Below, one piece after another: positions 39,975 to 51,322 of a DNA stretch of 64,000 bases. The position numbers and the translations under genes were made by a program. The number at the start of each line of letters is the position of its first letter. Position 1 is the stretch's first letter. The notes below the pieces were generated by a model. The model was not told the DNA's origin. It was given only the letters and a program-made list of their open reading frames with translations, and made no database searches. Source of the stretch: Klebsormidium nitens (taxonomy: Eukaryota > Plantae > Klebsormidiophyceae); assembly GCA_000708835.1 (NCBI GenBank), contig DF237077.1, forward strand, positions 117,605 to 181,604, in the 5' to 3' direction.

Positions 39975-40215
39975 AAGAGGAGGCTGATAGTATTTCGATC
40001 GATTCGCTAGTTCTGGTGAGATTCGTTTCACTGTCTTTCAGCTCCGAACAGCTGCATGAACAGCTGCATATGGGCGCTTCATGGGCGCGGCTTTCTGATC
40101 CGGAGAGGGGCGGAGCAAGCACCGGCTGCGCGGGTTAGGACTGACTCTGATTCGAGAGGGCGCGTTCAGTCCGTCCAGATGCTGCTCAGTTCCACGGTTT
40201 GAGCGACGCCTGAGC

Positions 40216-43200
40216 ATGGCGTCTGACGACGTGCCAGACGATGACCTGTTTGGGCCGAGCAATTTGGAGTATCAGCAAACCACAGCGTTCAGCACAATCA
40301 AGCCCCCGAGTGAGTGAGAAGTTTGCAGGGCCTCAAGCGCTGAGTGTGTGCAGAGGCCTGGGTCATTACCACTTGTTGAATCCAATTTTCTGCTGATATG
40401 CTCAAATATTTGCAATGTTGTGCAAATGCAGGTTTGCGTTGGCATGCATTTGCTATTCTGATGCTCGTGTCCCTCAAATTGGGCACCTTGAGGAACTCCT
40501 GAATCTCTGTTTGAAGTGCAATTTCAGTTTTTGTCTGCAAGTATCTTACATACGTCTTATTTTGCTTCCAGCCTTCGACTCCCTCCCTGTGCCGTCCCCA
40601 AGCCTCGGCAAGCGCCCCTACGAGCAGCGCCACGGCCCGCCCCCCCGCCAAAATTACAAAGCCCACAATGGCCCCCGCAATCTTGTTCCCCCCTCCAACT
40701 CCTACCTCGGAAGCACCTTCCCCAGCTACCTGGGAAACCTGACCCCCGGTCCAGGCGCCCCCCCCCACCAATTCCCAGGACCCCATCATATGGCCCCCGG
40801 CTTCCCTCCCCATGCCCCCGTCTACAGCGGATTCCTGCAAGGCCCTGGGGAGCCATTCTCCGGCCCCGGCAGACCAGACGCTCCTGGTATGCCGCCGTAC
40901 GACCAACATCCCCACAAGGCCCCCGGAGCATTCCCACCGATGCCGCCCGGGCCGCCCGCGTTCGCCCCTCCCTTCGTTCCCCCTCCGCTGCCTCCGGGGG
41001 CCCCACCGGCGGGCGCCCAACCTTTTCTCCAGCAGGGCCTTCCGATGCCACCCCACTTGCAGCCTCCGGAGAATGGCGCTGGGGAGGGCCCTGCGCAGCA
41101 ATTGCCGGATCGGCCGCTGCCGGGGTTGGGGGAGGTGGCGGCGGAGATGACGCTAGGGCCGCCCGGCCATGCAGACCCGGAGCTAACTGGGGCATGTCCA
41201 AATTACGAAGCGCCGCAGGAGGTGGCGTGTTTGAGCCGGACGTGGAACGGGAGGTGAGCGCCGAAAGCAGCATATAAAATCCAAATCAGGTTTGCAAATT
41301 TTAGCAACTAGACAGTTGATCAGTGCAAAAATGGCGTCTTGAGGGCTACATTAAGGTTCGCACAAGCTGGTGCCAGCGGTCGCGCGACAATGATCGTATG
41401 CGGCTGAATGCACCTGGAACCCTAATTTTCAAGTGGCAGATTAGGGTTAGGATTTGTATCCAATCAGTGAAATTGGGATCCTGCTTGGATTGACTGTCAG
41501 TAGGCTGAGTATTTGCTGTATACAATCTGTGTGGCAGTTAGGGTGTGGTATGTTGGCAGAGCCTAACCTTAAATCTGCTCATGTCCGGATGAATCTGTGA
41601 AGCACCATTTTGCGCTCAGCAGATCTTACCTTGTCATTTAATCTGATTTCGAAATAGCTTCTGAATCATACTTCCAATTTACTCTTACCGCTCAAGTCCC
41701 TTTTCATCCTCTGATGGTTTGGCACGCTCTCCTACGATTCGATTGGTGGTGCTGATAATTCTCTTACATTTACTCTGTCAATCTTGATGCATAGTGGCAC
41801 CTGAAAGGCAAAGTTCAGTGCAGTGATTTAGACGGTGCAATTAGTGCGTGTCTGGGTTTTAATCCATAGCAAAGCGAGCTGCTCAAACCTCATCAAACCT
41901 CAAGCATTCACTGAGGGGATCCCTTCACAGCAATTCTGCAACTATGAATCTCATAACTTACCTCCCTCAGGGTCTACTTCGACGAGCGCTGTCTGCGCCG
42001 ACTGAAAGCGCCCCCCATCGGTGCCGACCTAAATGAGGGCTACGACACGTTTGTTGAAAAGGTCCAGAATGAGAACGGGTTCGGAGACTTGCTAGCTGCG
42101 GTGCGGTATCGGAAGGTGCATTTGGGGGACGTGCAATTTGTGACATACCGGAATAATCTGAATAAGATCCTGGGGACCGCTTATGATAGGAATAAGTCCT
42201 GGGAGATGGGCGTGCATCGGAGGGGGGGAACTGTGTACCTGGACGTGCATCAGGGGGAGGAGAGGGAGCAGACGGAGCGCGAGAAAAGGATGTGAGTGGC
42301 CATCTCTGATAACTTTGGGCTTGAGAAAGGTGCCACTGTTTGCTTCAGATTGAGGATAATGTAGTGTACATTGGGTTCTTGGGATGCCTTCTGTTTCTCT
42401 AGAGAAGAGCAAGCGTTACATGGGGGCGCATCGGTGCGTAGTGGTTGCGTGGCGAGTTTGGATGGCGACTCGGGTATTATGAGGCCCAAGCAATTGTGAA
42501 TGTCATCAAAGGCGCACGGGAGGTTGCCCCAAGCGTTTGCACTCCCAAGGAGGTCATTCTTCTTTGGTGCCCACAAAAGTTGCAGAAGGAGGGGGGGAGT
42601 GGATCTTAAGTTCTGCTCTTGAAGAAGCGAGACTGTTCTGGAGGCTGTGCAAGGCAAACAAAGTCATATTCTGCCAAGTCCAGTTCTTTTTAAATCTTTG
42701 TTGAGGAGACACTTCGACTCTGGTTATCAGTTATGTTCTGTATGATAGGCGGACTCTTTAGAAGTTGTGAAGTGGCGCTTGTGATTAATCAGTAGCAGGG
42801 GAGACACTGGTTGATCAGAATGTTTGATGCGGTGCTGAATGGAAAAGTCGCCAAGGAACTGCATGTTATCGTGCTAGCTCAAGAGAAGCAGTAAGGGTTG
42901 CCAGAGTGAAGGGTACGGGGGAGATTCAGATAAAGTAGTGGTTCGTAGATGTGGTGATCGGTTGTTACGATCAGGGACAATCTTACAGGGTACGTTCAAC
43001 CGAAAGATGGTTCTGGATTGACATTCCCATTTTTTGGAGGAAGGGAACAGGTCGTGTGTCATGCGAGTGAAGCGATGCCGTTGCAATATCCTGGAATTCT
43101 TGCTAACTTCATTATAGGGGGTAGAAACCGCATTGGTTGTAGAAGACTTCTGTCTGCGCCTCAATAGGGGGGGTCTGGAGCAGTTTTCATCAGCCCGCTG

Positions 43201-44888
43201 GGCCTCGCTTAACGAGTTTCAAAGTGGTTATGGCCATGGTCATACTTCCTGTCCGTGGCGTCAGCGTTGTTGTGCTTTGTAACAATACATCACCCCTCTG
43301 AGACGCCACCAGTGCGAAAACGCAAGATTGGACTCGCAGTACATTGATTGGATGTGGCAATAGTTTCTCTGTTGGGGTGTTTGACCTCGCAGGCTTTGCC
43401 TTCCCGTGAAATGACTTCCACATCTTCTGCCTCACGGCAGCGGCAGAGAAAGAAAGTCAGGCAATCAAAGATTATTCCAGAACAAACGACTGCGATCATT
43501 CTATCTCCTTATTCTTCTCATCATCCCCAATCTGCGCAGGACGTACTGGGGCTACTCGTTCGAGGCCCTCATGACCGAGTCCAAGATGCCTGAGGCCACC
43601 ACCCCCAAGGGCTCCCACAACAGCGACTCCTTCGCAGAGACCCCCCCTGCGAAGTCGCCCGTCGACGCAAACGTCGAGTTCTGCGCCATTCTCCGAACCA
43701 AGCTGGGGGCGCATCGAATCGTCATGGGGGCGGAGATCGATTGCTATGATCGGGGGCCGGACGGGAAGAAGCGGTACGTGGAGCTGAAGACGAGCAAGGT
43801 GCTGGTGAATGAGAACACGGTGCGCACGTTCGAGCGGCACAAGCTGCTCTCGTTCTGGGTGAGAGCGCAGGTCGCTTTCCACTTTTTCTTTCTTTTGGCC
43901 GATCCTGCGATCACCTGTCTATTGTTCTCGTAACAGGCGACAGGAATATCCGCCTTTCCGTTCTCGAAAGGCGGATATTCCTGTCGCCTATTTGGGACTA
44001 TTGCATGTTGACTTTGTGTTGGTTGGACCTTCTTGCAAGGCTCTTTAGTATGTCGTTCCGTCTACGACGTGAAAGCAATCTTTCCGGTCGTTGTTGTTGA
44101 CGCTCCTGTCAAACCTCCCTCTAATCTTTGGATGGTCTCAATTACGAACTGGCAAGTTTTGGAAAACGGTGTTGCTTGCCCTGTCGCTTCATAGCGTTGT
44201 TGCCAATGCATCTGAAGACGCCTACTTTGCAGAACCTGCATCCGAGTTGGGAACGCCAGCCTTGTCGCGTACAAAGTTCATGACGCGTCTCACATGTTGT
44301 GTTGTGACCTTGTCTGCGAACCGCCCTCCTTCACAACAAAACGGAAGGCTTCAGATGGGTATCAGCCAGGCCGAATAGCTGGGGTCTTGAGGTCCTCAAC
44401 AAAGTGCGCCTTCAAAGACTGATGCCACCGGCATGGGTGAGGAGTGCTGGGAAGAAGGTGGAAGATCATCCAGAAAACACAATTTGGTGAGGCCGTCGGT
44501 GTTTGCACATTTATTTTCGGCGTCCCTCTGCGCAGACAGTTTTTACCTTCCTTAACCGACCTTTTCCGTGCATCAGATCCAGTCCTTCCTCGCCAGCGTC
44601 CCCAAGATCCTGGTCGGTTTCCGGGACGATACCGGGCGACTCCTGAAGACGGAGTCTTTGTCGCTAGGGGACATTCGCAACCGGGTTCGGAGTAAAGAAT
44701 ACTGGACGGGGACTACGTGCCTCATCTTCGCCGATAGAGTCCTAACCTGGCTCTATGGAAACGTGATCGACGGCTGTGATTATGTGCTTAGCTTTAACCA
44801 CCGAGACGGCCAGCTAGTCCTCAAGCGGACGGACGGCTGCCCTCTTGTTATCACCGAACATGTGAAGGCGCTAAGGCAACGAACTTGA
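40216..44888 (+). CDS. DXO1: DXO1/RAI1 (Dom3Z) decapping nuclease with a proline-rich N-terminal extension
   Basis: Exons encode MASDDVPDDDLFG, VACLSRTWNGR|VYFDERCLRRLK, FVTYRNNLNKIL, YWGYSFE, VEFCAILRTKLG..MGAEIDC..YVELKTS, FERHKLLSFW and IQSFLASVPKILVGFRDD. These are the RAI1 catalytic motifs. Confidence 0.92.
43935..43989. repeat. Perfect 24-bp inverted repeat with a 7-nt loop inside a DXO1 intron
   Basis: AGGCGACAGGAATATCCGCCTTTC-cgttctc-GAAAGGCGGATATTCCTGTCGCCT. Confidence 0.95.
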
Positions 44889-45630
44889 CAAACGGCTCGT
44901 GGTGCAGCTACAACAATGTCAGAGATGTGTGTTCGGCGTTTTGTTGTATTCATTCGTGTCACTAAGTTGCTCTCTTGCGTTGAAGTGTTGCACAAATTTG
45001 TCCGGATCTGATCTGGATAGCTGAGAGCATGTTGACTGGTTTTCACTGCATGCGCTGAGCATTCACTTGGTCGGAATGACGCAATGGTGAGCACGGAGGA
45101 TAATCCCGGGTTATTGAACTTAGAAGCTATATTGTTCTGGACAACATGCACTGCATGCTAGCTATTGATGCAAGCAACTTTTCTGCCAATGCCGCCACAC
45201 TATGTACGTGTATGGTGCATATTATTGAGAACGTACAGTGGCTACGTCTTGCATGTGCACCAATGCACATATGCCAATGTGCTCCGCAGCATTGCGTGCA
45301 ACTCGCCAACCAATCGCCGTCAGTGATTTGCAGCTGTCGGACATATGCTATGAATCATGTATGTATATATAGACTTCCGTGCGTGTATACTTCAATAATA
45401 TATATGTCGATTAATAATATGTAACCATTACATGCTATAGGCGATCTGTCGATCATGCATATCTTGGTTCTATAAAACTTTACGCGCTGCTTCAAGCGTG
45501 CCTGCATGGCGCATGCCGGGCGAGCCAGCTAGAGAGCTAGTTCGAGCTTTTGTTGCATGAGAGGATCGAACTAGTAGCGGCCTCAAGTATTTCTCAATAG
45601 CAGTCGCCCAGATGTGGAAATCAGGATCTA

Positions 45631-45730
45631 ATCGGATCCTTGATTGCTTTGCACTATACTGGTTGCGTGATCCATTTAGAAAGCTAGGGCAGATCGATCA
45701 GTTATTGACAGTTGCAATCAAGGATCCGAT
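45631..45730. repeat. 17-bp perfect inverted repeat with a 66-nt spacer (MITE-like remnant)
   Basis: ATCGGATCCTTGATTGC ... GCAATCAAGGATCCGAT. Confidence 0.7.
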
Positions 45731-46336
45731 CGGTTGAAAAGAGAACATCAAAGCAGCTGGGTGCTTCAATCATGCATGATGCGCGCGCGTGATCGAGAAG
45801 AACGCCGAGCAGTCATCGGCGTATACGTTTCGTCAAAGCACGATCGACTCAAGCAGCTTTCCACGTACACAAACGCTTTAATTATTGACTCGTACCGTCC
45901 TTGCCGGCCCGACGAGCCTCAGTCAATCAAAACTTCTCAAATCACTCCGGGTCCGACTTCTGAAATCGAGCGTTACCATTTGATGTATCTGACTTCAAAC
46001 CACTAACATTCAGGTGATTGTCTCCTCTATGACGTAATTGAAATCACTCGACACAAATGATCGAGCGATTCCATTCTGACTAAAACAAAAGCAGTCTGGC
46101 ATCCTACACGAACAGTGGCAAATTTAAATGTTTAATTCAATGGTTTCTACAGCCCCTATGATATACAGGCAACGGGCGCTCCCAAAACTGTACAAACGGA
46201 AACACGCAACTTGCATCATTGTGCCAACTTCGATGTTCCATGTTCCAACGGCGTCGCCATCTCCGAAGTATATCGAAGTAAAGCGGCAGCGCAGAGACAT
46301 GGCACGGCTCGCGCGGGCACCCAACCTGACGACTGC

Positions 46337-48955
46337 TTACGCCTGATCCCGAGCTGCTTCGACGCCGAACAGTCGAAGCATGTCCTCGAAATCCTGCTCA
46401 TCGGGATCCTCAAGATCTGGCAGATCAGCGATGAGCGATGGATCGAGGTGCAGGAGATCAAGCGACGCAATCGTGTCGCCGTTCGACATGTTGGGATTGG
46501 CGTTCGCAGCTGGGGGCTGAGTGCTTGCAGCCGGCGGCATAACATCTGCAGCTGGCTCCTGCAGGACGAAACCAAGACTCCTTTGGTAAAGTTCTGAGGT
46601 GTTGTCAGCGGAATTTCCAGCTGCCGCTCAACAGAAAATGTTAACGGGTCAACGGCCGGGGTGCGTTGAAGCTGAAACCAACTACATAAGTATACGTCAT
46701 ACTTTTCAAAGCACAGCGCCTTTCTTGTCTCCGGAATCGAAGGCGATGTATGTCGGCGAGCTTTCCAGTTAGCGCTCCAACACAGGGTTGCTGCCGCTCA
46801 GTAAGCACTGGCGGACTAGCGGAGCAACTCCCAACCCGGGATGGTCATCGACGCATTTGCGCTGCATCGTCCAACTCGGCTCCGCTTCGTGTGAGACGGG
46901 CCTGAAACCAGGGGCGAACCGGAGCTTAACCTGCTCCAGTTCACAGCCAACCCGCCCTATGCAAGCCTTGCTTGTGGGGATTCCGAGAGCCACAGCCAGT
47001 GAGTGGACTCTGCTTAAAACCTGGTTACTGAACCAAATTTTTCTGCTATTGAGATGCTGGTTTGGATTCGCAGGATTCGGATTGCAACCCCAAGGGAAAA
47101 ACATTTCATAAGGACAAAGTGGTGCAACGTGGTTTCACCCCGTTCGGCCCATCTTACCGGGGATGCGGCGGCCAGCATGTGAGCGAAGCACGCCTCGAGC
47201 CGCGCGCGCGTGGCCGTGTTGCAAGCAGCGGTGCCCGGATTGACGAAGAACGCGTCCAGGTACGCCTTCACCGCGGTGCAAAGCGCACGGTTGGCAGCCA
47301 GGAGCGTCAGGAAGAAGTCTAGCGCTTCCCACAGACCTTTCTGCTTCAAGCTCTGTGCGCGCGATGCGCCAGGGACGAGGTCGCTCCATTTGATCTACTT
47401 CAAGAAGGGAAAGGCAGTCAGGTCATGGCAGGGGCAAGGAGATTGAGGGCTGCGGTTCCACCAGAAGCGAGGAGACAAAAATGCATCTAGTAATAAAAGT
47501 ATGCTGCCAGACCTACTGTGATTGTGGTCTATTTGACTCCTATTGTGACGACAAAGCACCTTGCTAAGAATCGACTTTTGAAGGCGCGGACTCAAAGGAT
47601 CGTTAGATCATAAAAGGAAACTTTCAACTATCCCGTCCAAGCCAGGTCTTTTAATCTGCTCCTTCACCTATGTGCATATCAGAATGACAGGCTCAACTTG
47701 AATGGACACACATGTGCTCATCTAGACTTATATGGGAGTCTGGAGGCAGACAACAGACCTTAGTTCTGGAAGAAGAGGGTGCTAGCTTCCAATCAGTTCC
47801 CAGATGTTAGAGGAAAGTTGAGGTAAACTGTTCATAAATCGCGATTCAAGACAACGTCTACCGTCTTACTGTCGACAATCCTGAAGTCTGCCAGAGTCAG
47901 ACAAAAAGGCAATCCTTGCAATCCGATGTGCTATTGTAACTTCAGCAAGTGCCACAGGCACTGCAAGTGGGCCAAGATGTGAACAGGTAAATTTCATCCA
48001 AGATGGAAATGTTTTTATTCAAGGCAAGTTTAATTTTCCATGCTGAGTCCAACGAGTCCAACAGTCCCACCTTTCTGAGTTTCTTGTTGGATGAGGCGTT
48101 GTGACAGAGGTATTGGTTGACTCCTTCATATAAACCAACATTTACACACTGCAAAGATCTGTTGTCACTAATGCCTTTGGGGAAGATGCTTTCTGCGCTC
48201 TTGAGTCTGCCAATGGCAGGGTCGACAACAGCGATGGGCCTGCATCGGCATCAGATAGTGTTCGATCTCCCTCCTCGTAGCCAAGAAGCAAAGGTTTGTA
48301 CTTGTTGGACCATGTAACCTAACCAAGCACGAAAACTGTAGTACACATGCACGGGCCTCTAATAAGCCACTGAGTATACAGAGGGCTTTGGTTCATCAAC
48401 GTGTAAAGACTGAAGTGCAGAGCAGCCTCCAAACCGTGCACAGTGAGGTTCAGGTAGTACATGCAGTTACGCTAGAACGGGCACGGTCCTTACTGCAGCA
48501 GGAAGGGTTCACTTCTAGGGCAACTTTTTCCAATCATCACTTGAAAGCCCCTGTACTTGTGCTTGCTTCCTCATACTAGGCACCCTGATTTGCGGGTACA
48601 AAGAGGCAACTTAAGGACAACATTCACAATCGAGGGCAGCCATCAGTACCACGCCTGCCAATATATACTGGCGCAAAGACTAGTATTCCTCAAGAATCCC
48701 ATTAAGAGCTTCTATGACGCAGCTTGACAACATTACGCTAGATCATGGCAGCACAGCTTGAGTTTTGCTTCATTTCGCTCACCCTTTCTGCAGTGCCTTC
48801 AAAATATCGTCCCGAGCTGCTGGCATATGATACTTTATCAGCTCTTCAATGCTCTCATCAGCGTCTGCATCGCGCCAGGCTGGGTTTTGCGCCTTGAGTA
48901 TATCACACAGTGTTTTCAAAAATGAATCGTTGGGGGCTTGATGAACAGTTGCCAT
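46337..48955 (-). CDS. Possible multi-exon hypothetical gene, incompletely resolved
   Basis: Exon-like open segments with splice signals: 48955-~48785 (MATVHQAPNDSFLKTLCD...), ~47395-47158 (IKWSDLVPG...AAASP|gtaag) and ~46558-46337 (acidic tail). No family recognised. Confidence 0.35.
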
Positions 48956-51322
48956 CGTTCAACATTCCTTTGGTCCTGTTTTCCCAGAGAGCTCAATGAA
49001 ACCAACGTTTGTGGCGAGCTAGCAACGGTATTGTGGCTGCTTGTCTCGCGCTGGCACCGCGGAGCTTTGGGCTGACAGGCTGAGCGAAACACACTTGTAG
49101 AATGTTTCTTAAGTACTTGTGGAGATGAGATGCAATGCTGCTTTTATCTGACCCTGATCCAGACGCGTACGGCTCTGCTAAAGTCTGTAGCGTGCGTGCC
49201 CAACCTGTGCCCAATCTGCCTCCATCAAGATCTGCAATGAGTTACAACCTGCAAGGAGCAAGCTTGCATGAAAAAGTCAGCAGTCGTCAGCTCCGAGCTA
49301 GAGCCTAGCTGTACCTTCTATTGTAGTAGGCAGTTCAGGCGTACACCCAGTCCTACTTGTGGAGCCCGACTCGAGTGAGTCTATGACTCGAGTCTCATCG
49401 GGCGGGGAGGTCCCACACAACCGTCATGACAGTCACCCGAACATCACGGATGGCACTTCCAAGTGCCGCAAGGAAGCTCTGACAGGTTTTTATCGGACGG
49501 CTATCAAGGCAATTGTCGAGAGTGGTAACGCAACCTGGCTCATCGGAACCGTTCACTGCAGATCCTTTCCGCAAGAAAAGACTGGCCGAATCAAAGGCTC
49601 CCAGCATTTTTCGGCGCGAAGGCTAAACGTCCGATTGGTTGCAGATATCGACGTTTAATTACCAACTGTCGTGCGGTACGTCCCAATTAGCCCGCAGGCA
49701 GGGAGGTTAGCTGCAGTCTGCAGTGTAGCTACCGTGTGATGGTTTGCTCGGGGGTTTACCGTAGTACTCGTTTGCATACTAGGCAATAAGCGTACGGTGA
49801 TACGGTTGTCCGCCATTTTCAATATCATTGACTATGGAACTTGCAAGTCGCTAGTATGGCTAGGTTGCGATCGAACCTTGATTGAATTGTACGAACGGAT
49901 TTTACGGTGGTGTCGGTTGGCTTAGGCTTGCCAGATATAAGTTGATAGAAGCAGACGTCATCAAACACAACAATTGTATGCCATGAGAAGCCAACGGCCG
50001 CACTCGCTGCGGCGTTACGGAACGACTGAGACCATCGCAAAAAGGCAACTCGAACAAGACGGGCCGGCCGTCCCAGCTTACCCCGCACAACGCCGGCATA
50101 ATCTTTATTCAAGCCTGCCAATGGCAAGCGCGGTAAGCATGCTGCACCGTCCCGGAGTGCCATTTAACTCCATGAAATCCTTCAAACCGTTGGTTCCGGC
50201 CTAAAGATGCATGTGTGGAATCCTGCAGTTTGTGCTGCAAGATGTGCTAGATATGATCATGGTTCATTCTCGTCACTTCCAACATTTGTTGGATTTAAGC
50301 AAACCACTTGTATCGTTTATACATGCTTAGGCCCGCACCTTAGTGGCCCCCCATGGCGCAGACCCGGCGGCCAATCTAAAACGAGCATAGTTCGGAGTTC
50401 GCCGCTTCATCACGAATTGTTTCTTTTCTAGTCACTTATCGAGCGGTAATTGACAACCTCCTAACAACGGTGCAACGTACACATGGCTAACATGACATGC
50501 GCTCTACCGCATGCATTATATTGTAACTACTTAGCGTACAAAGGATCACTCAATTCAGCTTGACACTATTGATCTTTCGGCGCTGACTAGTACTGGGTGA
50601 TCGCTAGACAAAAGATCTATCATTGCCTGTAATCCAACAAGGCCCATGGCTTTCAGTCGGAGATCATCAAGTGGCATATATAGCGCCATGGCGCTATATC
50701 TGCAGAGGCAGTCATGCATGCAAGAGAAAGGCATGCAGATAAGGCTCCATGCATATCCATGCAAGTGCCACTATCTGACCTTTTATAGGCCAACGCGCGG
50801 CGGCCGCCCGAATCGCAACGTTCTTCTTGACAGTGAAAGCGCTATGATTATCGGACCTCATTGCACATGTGCATGCATGTCAGCCTTCAACAGCGACGGT
50901 TTGGTCATGTTGCGCATACCGTACTTAATTATATTGGAGAAGAGTCGATCGAGATCGAATGTTTCATATGTTAGTATACTGTTCCCACGCCATGCAGTCA
51001 TTGAGCATGCAAGACTACTCAGATCCTCGGTGTAAACTTAGTAGTACGCAGACGAGCATGCATGTAGCGTGGTCCGCAGTATATAACGTTTGCAAGAGCT
51101 AGTTTTATACTCAGTCAGCGGATCCATGTAGGTATTCCAACCTGGTTAAATTTCAGCGATTTATGAGACAAAGACTCCCCGGTGCCTGTATGGCTAACCT
51201 GAGGGCATGCCAATGTGCCTGCCTGGAGAACACTTTCGACCCTTACACTTCGAGTCCGCTCTAAGGCTTCTACCAACTATCTATCCCTCGCTTTGCCATG
51301 AACACCAAACCAATCGACCAAT

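Noticed and set aside
40298-41277. Several 238-267-aa Gly/Arg-rich overlapping ORFs
   Set aside because: Alternative-frame or antisense shadows of the GC-rich Pro-rich exon of DXO1.
49359-50431. Short ORFs left of the virus as additional viral genes
   Set aside because: They lack the TAAA-ATG context and compact packing of the viral block and have no recognisable motifs.
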